DNA of 64,000 nt from a virus (lineage: Duplodnaviria; Caudoviricetes), in IMG/VR virus record IMGVR_UViG_3300028591_000081, positions 32,001-96,000 of that record; one strand, 5' to 3'. Made by a program: the position numbers and the translations under genes. How positions within the stretch are numbered: position 1 is the first letter of the stretch; each line of letters starts with the position of its first letter. The notes under the pieces are model-generated. The model searched no databases. It was not told the DNA's origin and saw nothing but the letters and a program-made list of their open reading frames with translations. Below are positions 29,226 through 38,976 of the stretch, piece after piece.

Positions 29226-29714
29226 ATGAACACCGTCATCGTTTCCGCCATGTTCTGTTGTGGCAAGACTTATCTGTGTCACAACCAGACAAAGTACTCG
29301 GTGCTTGACTTGGAAGACAGGTTCTTCGGGTCTGGCATGTGTACCCCTGCGCAAAAGGAATGGATCCTTCGGAAGTCGTACTGCCAAAAACTTCGATCCT
29401 GTCTTGGGCAGTACGACTTCATTTTTGTGGCCATGTATCAACCGGTATTGTTCTACCTTGCAAAACATGACATTCCGTATGTTTTGGTTTGCCCAGAGGA
29501 TACAACGGAGTGTTTTGAGGAGTGGGGTAGGAGAAACGTAGCGCGTGGTACAACGGCTCTTTGGGAGAGCTGTCAGGAACGTTGGTCTGAGTCCATAAGA
29601 CTGTCCATGAGTGACCATTATGCAAAGAAGGTCTATCTTTTGAAAAAAGATCAATACCTGTCGGATGTTATCGACCGTATTAGAGAGGAGTGGGGATGTT
29701 TGGTAAATCCGTGA
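29226..29714 (+). CDS. P-loop-like phage protein
   Basis: IVSAMFCCGKT degenerate Walker A near the N-terminus. Confidence 0.55.
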   Translation: MNTVIVSAMFCCGKTYLCHNQTKYSVLDLEDRFFGSGMCTPAQKEWILRKSYCQKLRSCLGQYDFIFVAMYQPVLFYLAKHDIPYVLVCPEDTTECFEEWGRRNVARGTTALWESCQERWSESIRLSMSDHYAKKVYLLKKDQYLSDVIDRIREEWGCLVNP

Positions 29715-30304
29715 TCGCAGGGATGTTTATTTCCCTTGGATGTATGGTCAATTTGAAAGTCGGTGGGTACCTCGGTGCCTTCTTGTTCTCTTTTGGTCTT
29801 TTGTCGGTGGTGTTGTACGCCGTCCCTTTGTACACAGGACGCGCTGGGTTTTGTTCTACTGCGGAAGACCTCAAGCATCTTCCGTTGGTGCTTCTTGGAA
29901 ACGTTGTCGGTACGACGATCTTGGCAGGGTGTGCACATGGATGTTTCCCAGATATGGTGGAGGCGGCCCAGAAGATCATTCAGGCTCGTATGACTTCTCC
30001 CCTTTACGCAGGATTCTTTGCCTCGGTATTGTGCGGTTTCGTAATGACCACCATCGTTCAGTTCGCTCGAAAACAGCCGGAGGGCGGTGAACCCAGAAAC
30101 TTCCTGATCCTGATTCTTGGAATACCTCTGTTCATTCTGTCAGGCTACTGGCACAGCATCGCCGACGCTTTCTATTATGGCGTCGCTGGCCGGTTCGACA
30201 TCTCCATGTTGTGGTTATATCCTATGACCGTTGTGGGCAACTACCTAGGATGCAATGCTTACAATCTGTTGGTGCACCGTTCTGTGTTCTACCACAAGGT
30301 TTAG
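29696..30304 (+). CDS. formate/nitrite transporter (FNT) family channel
   Basis: Six hydrophobic segments, AGMFISLG, LFSFGL, LYTG, LGNVVG, HSIAD, VGNYLG. Confidence 0.85.
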   Translation: MFGKSVIAGMFISLGCMVNLKVGGYLGAFLFSFGLLSVVLYAVPLYTGRAGFCSTAEDLKHLPLVLLGNVVGTTILAGCAHGCFPDMVEAAQKIIQARMTSPLYAGFFASVLCGFVMTTIVQFARKQPEGGEPRNFLILILGIPLFILSGYWHSIADAFYYGVAGRFDISMLWLYPMTVVGNYLGCNAYNLLVHRSVFYHKV

Positions 30305-30309
30305 GACTG

Positions 30310-30349
30310 TGGTGCTGACGGCGTGACTGGGGTTTTCTCGTGGTATAAG
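30310..30349 (+). promoter_or_regulatory. phage TGGTGCTG-N23-TGG-TATAAG promoter
   Basis: Motif copy after the FNT gene. Confidence 0.75.
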
Positions 30350-30423
30350 GGTGTTTGGACGCTTCGACGGAGAGCGTTGTTATAGAACGGAAAGCACCAG
30401 TAACTGAGTGAGGTGGGGAGAGT

Positions 30424-30918
30424 ATGCGAAAACGTGAGTATTTTGAGAGTACTGAAGAATATGTGAGATATTTGGAACGTCGTGTAGAACTTCTGGAATT
30501 ACGATTGAAGAAATGTCGCAAATACAGTGATTTATTCGACAGCCGCCGTTCTGTGAATGAGCGTTCAAATGCCTTTGAAATGGCGACTTTGAGAAAAGCT
30601 CGCTCTGGCTTACCAGTAAATCTCTACCTTGACGATAGTGGCTCTTATCTTGATGGCGGTCATGGCCCTAGAATAAAATTTCAACCTGACAAGGGGAACA
30701 GTCCGAACACTCGTTCTATGATACCGATGACAATTTCGGATGAGCCTACGATTCCCCTAAGAAATTATCAGTCGCGTTTAGATGGTGTTGGAAGTAATGA
30801 CATCTCTTTGATTATGTCGTTCGTTATTGCAAACAAAGCGAATCTTCTCAGATTATGTGACCGTAATGATGAATATGATATCTCAAACTTTTTAGAGGAT
30901 ATGGTTAAAGTCTCATAA
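30424..30918 (+). CDS. hypothetical protein (DUF4160-like, GLPVNLY...HGPRIKF)
   Basis: GGGGAG RBS; motif resemblance only. Confidence 0.55.
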   Translation: MRKREYFESTEEYVRYLERRVELLELRLKKCRKYSDLFDSRRSVNERSNAFEMATLRKARSGLPVNLYLDDSGSYLDGGHGPRIKFQPDKGNSPNTRSMIPMTISDEPTIPLRNYQSRLDGVGSNDISLIMSFVIANKANLLRLCDRNDEYDISNFLEDMVKVS

Positions 30919-30982
30919 TTCCGTTAAGGACTTTGTGTATACCTTGGGTAGAGCAATCCCGCTCATGGCTGTGGAGGTATAT

Positions 30983-31438
30983 ATGGACGGGTTATTTGAG
31001 AGATTGGTAGAGGTTCTGGAGAGTTTAGACGCGCATGTGGTGAGCCTGACTGAGGCCACTAAAAAATTGTCCGCGATACAGGCCACGGGCAGGCGGCCCC
31101 GCGTTGTTACAGATGATGTCGAGCAGATGGAGACCGATTTCGAGCAGATTTTCGATGAGCTGTACGATGTGGATCCTAACGGCGAGGTGACGCGAGGGGA
31201 TATCCTCAAGCACTTCGGCGACTGTGAAAACGATGAGGTGTCATCGCTGATCGAGCGATACGACCTAACAAATTGCCGGTCTAAAGGGTATCGAGCATTC
31301 ATTGACCACCTTCGCTCTAAGGCGCGTCGAGAACGACACGCCAACGGCACGACAATTTTGGTCGGACTGTCGCTTCGCTTTTCCACTGGAGATCTCAAGG
31401 AAGGCGGAAGGTCGTCGGATACCTTGAGTCTTTCATAA
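30983..31438 (+). CDS. hypothetical protein
   Basis: GGAGGT RBS before MDGLF. Confidence 0.6.
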   Translation: MDGLFERLVEVLESLDAHVVSLTEATKKLSAIQATGRRPRVVTDDVEQMETDFEQIFDELYDVDPNGEVTRGDILKHFGDCENDEVSSLIERYDLTNCRSKGYRAFIDHLRSKARRERHANGTTILVGLSLRFSTGDLKEGGRSSDTLSLS

Positions 31439-31462
31439 CGCCCAAACTTTATGGAGGAGATT

Positions 31463-32296
31463 ATGTGTAGATGTAGGAACGTTGATGTGGTGAAGGAACG
31501 CATTCGGAGATTGGACAAAAAGGTAAGGAGACTTGAGGAGTACGTCCATTATTTAGCTCTAAAGGACACGACCCTTGAAGATGTTCTGTTCAAAATGACG
31601 CAGGTGTTTCGGAAGGAGTACCACAAGGCCATAAGCATTGGTCAAGATCGAGTAATTCCACTCAAGGAGATGTCTGAACTGATTCAGAGGGACTTTGGAG
31701 TCTATTACCCTACGACAATTCTTCGGAAGGCTCTCAAATGTGATTCCAGAGGGTTGCTTGGAGTGACTTGTTGTAAGGCATCTAGTTCTTCCTTAGAGCG
31801 TGAGGATTTCAAGAAAAAGTATCGTGATTCCTATGTACTCCACCACCCAGACCGTCGATTTTATTGGAGTGATGGCAGGTTACTGTGGTGGCCACATCGG
31901 AAGGTTGGGGATCCAGAAATACCTGATGGATATGCCATCTCCACAGATAATATGCAAAGTTTCATGGCTCGCAAATTGAAGTTGCCGGTATCCCTCTTTA
32001 AGAATTTTAGCGGAAATCTTCGGGTCGGAGACTTTGTCTCGAAAGACGGGATGTGTATCAGGTTGACAGAGGGTACGCTCTCCAACTGCTACTCTCCAAA
32101 TCCTGAAGACTACATGACCTTGGGTCAGGCAAGAGATTATTGTGAGGATTGGATTAGGTACCACCCAGAAAAGGCCCCTAAGATTTATCCATCTTACAAA
32201 GTCATTCAGTCCTATGACGAGTGGGATAAGTTGATTGGGCGAAAGTACGAACCAGATGAGGTGACTTTGTTTCTGGAGGGAGGGAAAGATGCGTGA
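31463..32296 (+). CDS. hypothetical protein
   Basis: GGAGGAG RBS. Confidence 0.65.
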   Translation: MCRCRNVDVVKERIRRLDKKVRRLEEYVHYLALKDTTLEDVLFKMTQVFRKEYHKAISIGQDRVIPLKEMSELIQRDFGVYYPTTILRKALKCDSRGLLGVTCCKASSSSLEREDFKKKYRDSYVLHHPDRRFYWSDGRLLWWPHRKVGDPEIPDGYAISTDNMQSFMARKLKLPVSLFKNFSGNLRVGDFVSKDGMCIRLTEGTLSNCYSPNPEDYMTLGQARDYCEDWIRYHPEKAPKIYPSYKVIQSYDEWDKLIGRKYEPDEVTLFLEGGKDA

Positions 32297-32702
32297 TACT
32301 CAAAAACGGATATACCCATACATCAATCCGGATTACTTCAACGGCCTGTCGTACCCAGATCTTCTTCAGGAGATTCTTGAGAGAGTTAGGATGGAGCGTC
32401 CAGAGGATCGTACATTCTCGAAGGATGACCTTGGGTTTCTGCTCATTTACAGAGACCGTTTCTTCGTTTATGAGGAGCTGGAACTTGCACAGGACGAATT
32501 CTTGGCCTGTATCGCCAACGGATTTCTTCCAGAGATACACATCCTTCTCCGGCGACACCCTGATGTTGGAGGAATGTGGATGGGAATGCGAAGAGATGGT
32601 TATTCTGAGTGCCTCTATCGGAGCAAGAATCCTCCTGATTGGCATGTGAAGTCTATTGAGGTTCCGTTCGTTGTTAGTAGAGACGGTAGGCGTGTTCTAT
32701 GA
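32289..32702 (+). CDS. hypothetical protein
   Basis: GGAGG RBS, overlapping the upstream stop. Confidence 0.6.
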   Translation: MRDTQKRIYPYINPDYFNGLSYPDLLQEILERVRMERPEDRTFSKDDLGFLLIYRDRFFVYEELELAQDEFLACIANGFLPEIHILLRRHPDVGGMWMGMRRDGYSECLYRSKNPPDWHVKSIEVPFVVSRDGRRVL

Positions 32703-32782
32703 CTTCAGGTCTATTTCTCCGCAATATCATCAACACTGCATCAAACGAAATTTGACAACTCAAAACACAGGAGACTCAAGCG

Positions 32783-33013
32783 ATGACACCTACGGATTTA
32801 TTCAAGCTCACCAAGATAGCTACAATCAAAAAAGAACTCTTACATGTAAAAGAGGACGCCGAGTCGCTCAGTTCATTTTTTATAGGGACGGAAGCGAGTT
32901 ATGACATCAAACAAGCTAATCTGGTTATAACCACAATAGATTCGTTGCTTAATACCACCAAGGAGTGGTACGAACGCTCTTTGGATGGAGTTGATTTAGA
33001 TTACAAAAACTAA
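32783..33013 (+). CDS. small hypothetical protein (cassette 1)
   Basis: Starts within leader repeat 1. Confidence 0.65.
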   Translation: MTPTDLFKLTKIATIKKELLHVKEDAESLSSFFIGTEASYDIKQANLVITTIDSLLNTTKEWYERSLDGVDLDYKN

Positions 33014-33033
33014 CAACACAGGAGACTCAAGTG

Positions 33034-33309
33034 ATGAGTAATTGCGAGCAATATACATGGCATTGCGATGAGCGCGAGCCGTTTGCGACCATCATTCGGC
33101 CCGACGGGACAGAGTTGCTGACAACGAATGATCCAGCCGCATTTGCATACGCGAGACTCGTTATTAAGGAAAACAAACTACATGGATACAGAGTAATAAC
33201 AGAGGATTACTTCGAATACGAAATTGCCAGTAATGGCAAAATACTCGATTGTCGTAATGCAAGATTCCCCGGTAGCCTATTCGAAGAAATAACCATGCGG
33301 TTGATATAG
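33034..33309 (+). CDS. small hypothetical protein (cassette 2)
   Basis: Starts within leader repeat 2. Confidence 0.65.
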   Translation: MSNCEQYTWHCDEREPFATIIRPDGTELLTTNDPAAFAYARLVIKENKLHGYRVITEDYFEYEIASNGKILDCRNARFPGSLFEEITMRLI

Positions 33310-33334
33310 GAGACTCAAGCGATGAGCAGGATAC

Positions 33335-33799
33335 CTAGGGATAAATTGCACAAAGATATCGTCCTTCCTCTTCTAGGTACTCAAAGAATTCGTCAGTGGA
33401 CATGCCAAAGGTTCGAAGCGGGTTATAAATCACAGTGTGCCCAACACTTCCTTGGTAGGTGTTTAGTAAAAGGCTGACTACGTCTCTGAAGGAATCCACA
33501 TGATGAATTCCTTTGTGTTTTTGCCCGCTACACTCAATCCACTGATGCCGTTCTGCAATGATATATGTGTGAGTGGCCAGCGTCCTGTGTCCTTTGTGGA
33601 TTCCTGTGTAATAGCATTTCCACGGAACCCCATGTTTGGCGAGTTCTAAAGCCATTGGGCCTACAAAGTCCCAACATACACCTCCGTGCACTTCTTCAAA
33701 TTCGTCCGGAGTCTTGATACGATATTCACGGTCGTTGCCCATGTCTTCGTAATCATAGTCTCTGAACTTGTTGTAGATTTCCCTTAGGTTCTTCATCAT
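33335..33799 (-). CDS. transglutaminase-like/papain-fold protein
   Basis: GGVCWDF (Cys), THTY (His), WIE; overlaps the portal stop. Confidence 0.5.
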   Translation of the reverse strand: MMKNLREIYNKFRDYDYEDMGNDREYRIKTPDEFEEVHGGVCWDFVGPMALELAKHGVPWKCYYTGIHKGHRTLATHTYIIAERHQWIECSGQKHKGIHHVDSFRDVVSLLLNTYQGSVGHTVIYNPLRTFGMSTDEFFEYLEEEGRYLCAIYP

Positions 33800-35400
33800 A
33801 GCCTGTCATCCATGTCTCCGAAACCACCGCCACCCGTCTCTTCTTCCTCTCCTTCCTGCCCTTCTTCAGGTTGCTCTGGCTCAGGATTGTTGAATCCTAG
33901 GGCATCCAGCAGGTCATCGTTCTTGAAGATTTTATGCAGGACGAAGTAGATAAGTTCCCGTTTGTTGGCTTTCTGCATGTACTCAGGGTCGATCTTGGCA
34001 ACCATGTCGAGGGCCGCGTTCATACGGTCAGCTTCAGCCGTGATGGCAGTGGCACGCTTCTCGTCTTCACCAGTAAGGATGGTAGGCATCTGCACCTGAA
34101 AGTCCGGTGGCATAATGTCGTCAATGAGGCACTTCCAGATGATGAGCTTCTTGATCCCCTCACGAAGGATACGTTGAACCCTCTTTACGGTTCTTGCATA
34201 CCGGATATCGAGCTGGGTCAGAGTGGAGTCATTCAAACCTCCGCCTGTTTCCTCCGCTTGCCCCAGAAATTGCTTGGGTACACGAAGAGACCCTAGGTAT
34301 TGGGAGATAATCATGTTGGCGTCGGTCAAAGCACCTACCTCTGTCGGAGCAGACACTTCCTGCACAGCGATACCTCCCAGACCGTTACGTACAGGTACAT
34401 AGACGTTACCTCCCGTAATCATCGGAGCATTCCTACTGCTGAAGACTCCATCGGCTACATTGAGGGACTGCTTTGAATTGATGGCCGTTCTGACTTCTCT
34501 CATCATACGGGCCGTGTCCTGCGAGGTCGAGTTACCGACTTCTACACTGAAGATACGGTAGAAAGCACTGCGCGTGAGGCGGGCCAGAACAATCAGATCA
34601 TCCATCAGCTTCTTGGTTCTGAAGGAGTATTTACCGGCTTCAAGAAAACTGGTTCCGTACCTAATCACCACCCCGTCTTCTTCATTACCTACCTTCTGGT
34701 CTTGGCCACGGTCGGACATGAAATGGATGTATGATTTCTCGGGCAGAATCGTGTCCGATTCCCCGTATGTGTAAATGCCTTCGGACTCTCTGGTCGCATA
34801 GCCAAGTGGCGCACCGAATCGGAACAGGTGGATGCACTCAAGAGGGTCTGCAATCGTGAAGTATTCGCCAAGAGTGAAGTTCTCCCTGTACACTGCATTG
34901 GCAAAGTTTGTGTTCAGGAAGCATTCACCGAATGCCACGATGTTGAAGGCTATCGGATAAATCATGTCATTGATGCAGACAGAATCGGATAACCATTGGG
35001 TCATCATGTCCCCAAAATCAGGGTCATCCTGACACGTCACCCACGCGGCCAGTCCGGTATCCGAGTCGATGATACTGGCATCTTCGGCTATGAGTTCCAC
35101 CGCCGCTACGGTCAATGAGTCGGTCAGCATTTCCTTATACTCATTGATCATACCCTCACGTGTGGTTGCGTATGTATGGAGATCCCCAAGCAGGGTAGCA
35201 TCTGTTCTGGATACAGCCGTCCTCAAGAAATCGTCTCTTGGGTCCTGAGGATCGTCTACGACTTTAATTCTTCCACCAAACAGGGACTTTATCCATTGGA
35301 TAAGCCCACCTGTCTTGACTATGTTTCCGCCAAGTTCTTCTGTACCTTCTGAAGGATCCTTCTTTACACGAGTTGTTTTGGGGGTCAGTTTGTCTGCCAT
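33796..35400 (-). CDS. portal protein (T4 gp20-like)
   Basis: Y.EM..D.L..AAV..IA, YIHF, YGTSFLE, ARLTRSAFYRIFSVEVGN, SLRVPK.FL, DIRYAR. Confidence 0.85.
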   Translation of the reverse strand: MADKLTPKTTRVKKDPSEGTEELGGNIVKTGGLIQWIKSLFGGRIKVVDDPQDPRDDFLRTAVSRTDATLLGDLHTYATTREGMINEYKEMLTDSLTVAAVELIAEDASIIDSDTGLAAWVTCQDDPDFGDMMTQWLSDSVCINDMIYPIAFNIVAFGECFLNTNFANAVYRENFTLGEYFTIADPLECIHLFRFGAPLGYATRESEGIYTYGESDTILPEKSYIHFMSDRGQDQKVGNEEDGVVIRYGTSFLEAGKYSFRTKKLMDDLIVLARLTRSAFYRIFSVEVGNSTSQDTARMMREVRTAINSKQSLNVADGVFSSRNAPMITGGNVYVPVRNGLGGIAVQEVSAPTEVGALTDANMIISQYLGSLRVPKQFLGQAEETGGGLNDSTLTQLDIRYARTVKRVQRILREGIKKLIIWKCLIDDIMPPDFQVQMPTILTGEDEKRATAITAEADRMNAALDMVAKIDPEYMQKANKRELIYFVLHKIFKNDDLLDALGFNNPEPEQPEEGQEGEEEETGGGGFGDMDDRL

Positions 35401-35414
35401 TCGAATCTCTCCGA

Positions 35415-36188
35415 TCACTTCATCAGGTATAAGCCGTAACTTGACGTAGAAACTCCTGAACGTTTCACGAGTTTGAACAAGTCCTCCGGGGCGGACACTT
35501 CACTCAGCAGGATGGTGTGCCCGCTCTTTTTGGTTTTGACACACCACTCATAGAACTCGTCTGGATTATACATCGTAAGAGCATAGTTCCCAAGACCTTT
35601 CCAAGGTGGGTCACAGTAGATCACACTTGGGGCCTCCAGCTTGAGGTCTAGGTAGTTTCCGCAAGACAGCTTCACATTCTGAATGCCTGTTGCTGTCTTT
35701 ACCAGTTGGGATTCGTTGTAATAGGTCATGTCTTTGGCACTGCCCGGCTGTTTCCCGCAAAAGGTTCCAAAGAATTCTCCACTGGCACTTCCTATGTAAG
35801 CGCACCAAGCAAGGTATGCAACATCTTTGAGAGAGTCTACCTTTGTCAAGTCAACCACAGGATTCCCTATTAGTTTGAGGCTTTTGGTCACTCTGGTTCG
35901 TGCTTCTTCAAACATCGTTTGCGTGATTGGAGCCTTGAAGCGGTTTCCGGCCTGATACCATTTGAGCAACGCCATCAAGTACGGGTTTGCATCGTTGGCC
36001 ACTCTCTTGAAGGTTTTAGGAATGGCGCAAGTTACAGAACATCCTCCACAAAACAAATCGACAAACTGCTTTCGGTCTGCCATGAGATTGGTGACAATGC
36101 TGGCAATGTATCGGGCATCGCCTGTTTTGTTCCCACGATAGTTCATTCCGAGCTTTGGTTCTATGGAGGTTCTCAGTGCCATGTTCAA
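35415..36188 (-). CDS. D12-class N6-adenine DNA methyltransferase
   Basis: YRGNK, FVDLFCGGCSV, ANDAN, IYCDPPW, LLSE. Confidence 0.8.
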   Translation of the reverse strand: MNMALRTSIEPKLGMNYRGNKTGDARYIASIVTNLMADRKQFVDLFCGGCSVTCAIPKTFKRVANDANPYLMALLKWYQAGNRFKAPITQTMFEEARTRVTKSLKLIGNPVVDLTKVDSLKDVAYLAWCAYIGSASGEFFGTFCGKQPGSAKDMTYYNESQLVKTATGIQNVKLSCGNYLDLKLEAPSVIYCDPPWKGLGNYALTMYNPDEFYEWCVKTKKSGHTILLSEVSAPEDLFKLVKRSGVSTSSYGLYLMK

Positions 36189-36823
36189 TACCTGATGTTT
36201 TTCTTAGAGTTCGGGGTGATTCCCGGGATCGCTGTGATCTCGTTCGGATCCACATGCTTATTAGATGATATTCCATTGGATACGCCAGAGTATCCTCCAG
36301 ATCGCGAACTGGCTGAACTCTGCCGCCCGGACGAAGACGACATCCTTGAGGTCTGGGATTTCGGTACAGGTTCATTCGCGTTTAAGGCATTGTGAAATTG
36401 CTTCGGAAGTTGGACTTCCTGTTCTTCCACATCATTAAGGCTCTCTGGCAGTTCGCTGTCCTCACAACAAGATTCTTCAGACTGTTTTGGAGGTCTTCGG
36501 AATTTGAATCTGAACTTGTGATCTTTGTTTTCCAGAGAAATTTCAGGGGTGGGAAGTTTCTCCCCACGTTGGGCCGCTTCCTTGCAAGCCTGACTGTATA
36601 TATAGCTCAGGGTCACGAGAATAGACCCTACCGCCAGAATGATTCTGAGTTCGTTTGTGAGGTGTGAGAAGTCCACCACTACGCCAAAGAGTATTGCCAG
36701 ATAAATGACCACAAGGGACCATGTGAGGGATAACTGGACAAGACGGTGAAGGACTGGAATGATTACGCCGAAGAGAATTAAGAATCCTACTATGAAATAA
36801 ACCGTTGTTATTGCGTCAAGCAT
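36185..36823 (-). CDS. three-TM membrane protein (holin candidate)
   Basis: Three N-terminal hydrophobic helices with a long hydrophilic tail; divergent from the amidase. Confidence 0.45.
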   Translation of the reverse strand: MLDAITTVYFIVGFLILFGVIIPVLHRLVQLSLTWSLVVIYLAILFGVVVDFSHLTNELRIILAVGSILVTLSYIYSQACKEAAQRGEKLPTPEISLENKDHKFRFKFRRPPKQSEESCCEDSELPESLNDVEEQEVQLPKQFHNALNANEPVPKSQTSRMSSSSGRQSSASSRSGGYSGVSNGISSNKHVDPNEITAIPGITPNSKKNIRY

Positions 36824-36921
36824 ACGAAACACCCCGAAAGATTGCCCCTATCGGTACATGTGTTTGATAAACCCTGCGGTAACTATCGAATTTTATGGGG
36901 CTTTTTTAGATGGAGACATGT

Positions 36922-37581
36922 ATGGCAAGCAAGAAATTGGCGAATATCTGTATCGACCCGGGCCATGGAGGGAAGGCAAGTGGAACCGTGAACTCGGAAC
37001 TCAAGATTATGGAGAAGGATATTGCGCTGGCGGTTTCCTTCAAAGTCTCAGAGTACCTGTTGTATGCCACCAAGAGTTCTGTGACAGGAGAAGTGCAAAT
37101 AAATTCCTTCTGCCCAGACAATCACACCCCTATGGTCAATGTGTTTATGACGCGTGGGCTGGACGTGGATGTGTCGCTTCAGGAACGCTGTAAGGTAGCC
37201 AATAAGATTCCGGCTTCATGCTTTGTGTCTATTCACTGTAATTCCTATTCTGGAACTGTGGCCAACGGTATTGAGACGTGGATGTACAAAGGTGGCTCAA
37301 AGGCTTCGAAAACTCTTGCACAGAGCATTCATCGTTGCCTGATGGAAAGTGTCAAAGGATTTAAGGTTACTGACGCAGACGGTACAAAACATGCCCCGAT
37401 TTCTCGCGGCGTTAAGGAGAATCAGACCTATTACACATTGAGGCATACCTCAATGCCTTCTGTGGTAGTTGAGGTAGGATTCCTGTCTCATAAGGGAGAG
37501 GCTACTTTACTGAATTCGGAGAAGTATCAGGATGCCCTCGCTAAAGGGATCGCTTATGGCATCCTGTACTCATACGCATAG
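36922..37581 (+). CDS. N-acetylmuramoyl-L-alanine amidase (Amidase_3), endolysin candidate
   Basis: IDPGHGG, EKDIAL, TR..D, R...AN, SIHCNS, VVEVGFL. Confidence 0.92.
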   Translation: MASKKLANICIDPGHGGKASGTVNSELKIMEKDIALAVSFKVSEYLLYATKSSVTGEVQINSFCPDNHTPMVNVFMTRGLDVDVSLQERCKVANKIPASCFVSIHCNSYSGTVANGIETWMYKGGSKASKTLAQSIHRCLMESVKGFKVTDADGTKHAPISRGVKENQTYYTLRHTSMPSVVVEVGFLSHKGEATLLNSEKYQDALAKGIAYGILYSYA

Positions 37582-37587
37582 GCATGT

Positions 37588-38052
37588 CTACTGCTCCGGC
37601 CTTTTTATGATGGTTGTTGTGGTCTCCTTGGAAGGTTCTGTAAACGATACGCCTCCGAGACTGTCCGCCCAATTTTCCGGGAAGTGAAGATGGTACCACA
37701 CCGTGCTTTTGTTCTTGAAGCGTCGTATCCAGAAGAGGATGATAGACGGAACTGCGATTACGAGTAGGTACAGGGGGCCAAGGTAGAGGCTTTGCATACT
37801 GTGCCCGGTCTCGTGTTTGATGATGTCTTCATCTGAGTCTTCCCGTACAAACACGAAGGCCCCCAAAGACCAGCACGCCTGATATTTCGTATTCACACGG
37901 AATACCGTCATGCCTGTCTTTGGATTCTTCCACCAATCCAGCCCCTGCTTTACGAATGGTAAAACGAGAAGGGCTATCAAGGTTTGAGGGAACTGCCATA
38001 TCAAGGCCAGCGGAATGAAATTGCCGACATTTCGGTAACTGATGTCTGCCAT
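37588..38052 (-). CDS. membrane protein with HExxH motif
   Basis: WQFPQ, SLG.F, HETGH..QS..LGPLYL, E.WAD. Confidence 0.65.
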   Translation of the reverse strand: MADISYRNVGNFIPLALIWQFPQTLIALLVLPFVKQGLDWWKNPKTGMTVFRVNTKYQACWSLGAFVFVREDSDEDIIKHETGHSMQSLYLGPLYLLVIAVPSIILFWIRRFKNKSTVWYHLHFPENWADSLGGVSFTEPSKETTTTIIKRPEQ

Positions 38053-38084
38053 TGCACACACTCTCTTTCGCCCCGTGTGGTTAG

Positions 38085-38948
38085 TTATGTTTTGGGTTCA
38101 AATCCAAGTTTCCTTAGCTTTGCTTCCCAATCATCCGATACGAACTTCGTACCTCCGTTCATCCAGTCGATCTCGTACTTTCGAAATTCAGCCAGCAGGT
38201 AGTCTTTCACGCACATCATGTCCTTATTGTAGAGGTCGAAGAATTGTGTGACGGTTCTCAAGAACGGATCCTGACTTCCACGCCTCATTCGGATCAGCCA
38301 CCCTTCCCATGATTTGGTGAAGTAGTGGTTGATCCATGCTGTTTTCTTTTCCACGATGGATGCGTTATTTCTGTCCTTCCCTGCCTGAACAATCCCCGGG
38401 TATCCTCGCTGGATGCACACAAAGGTGTATGGTTCTGTGACATCGATCAGGGTTTTGCACAGGAACCCGCATTCGTTGTATTCCCAGTGGGTATAGGCTT
38501 CCTTCATCGGGATGCTGGGTTCGAAGATGCGGTGATCTGAATTGAAGTTACGGAGGGCGAAGAATATATTCTTACGGTCTTGACGCTTGAGATCTTCGAT
38601 GATGAGGTCAAGCGTCATCCCTTCGGACATTTCAAAGAACTCGTCGATGTCCAAAAACAGACACCAGTTGTCCTGTCGTTCCTCTTGAAATTTCTTGAAG
38701 AACTGGTTGTAGATCCATACCTGCCTCCAAGGCGTCCGTGACTTTGGCTCATCGAGTATTCCCAGATCTCGGTCACAACGGTACAATGACACACGATCTC
38801 CCCACGGTTTGAGGAACTCCGTATGGTCTGATGAGGTGAAGTCTTCGATCAGGTAGATGTGGTCGAATCCTTGAGCAAAGTGGTAATCCAGCCACTCTGG
38901 GAGATAACGTTGCTCATCTTTGATCATGGCAAGAATAGTTTTTCGCAT
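38085..38948 (-). CDS. glycosyltransferase (GT-A, Glyco_tranf_2_4/GT92-like)
   Basis: MIKDE..YL.EW..YH...GFDHIYL.ED, W..FLDIDEF (DxD), INHYFTKS. Confidence 0.85.
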   Translation of the reverse strand: MRKTILAMIKDEQRYLPEWLDYHFAQGFDHIYLIEDFTSSDHTEFLKPWGDRVSLYRCDRDLGILDEPKSRTPWRQVWIYNQFFKKFQEERQDNWCLFLDIDEFFEMSEGMTLDLIIEDLKRQDRKNIFFALRNFNSDHRIFEPSIPMKEAYTHWEYNECGFLCKTLIDVTEPYTFVCIQRGYPGIVQAGKDRNNASIVEKKTAWINHYFTKSWEGWLIRMRRGSQDPFLRTVTQFFDLYNKDMMCVKDYLLAEFRKYEIDWMNGGTKFVSDDWEAKLRKLGFEPKT

Positions 38949-38976
38949 CGAGTATCCCTCGTCAAATCAACCTTTG

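Larger units (their letters stand above)
32764..33325 (+). repeat. three copies of an RBS/start leader AGGAGACTCAAGYGATGA
   Basis: Copies at 32764-32786, 33015-33037, 33308-33325. Confidence 0.85.
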
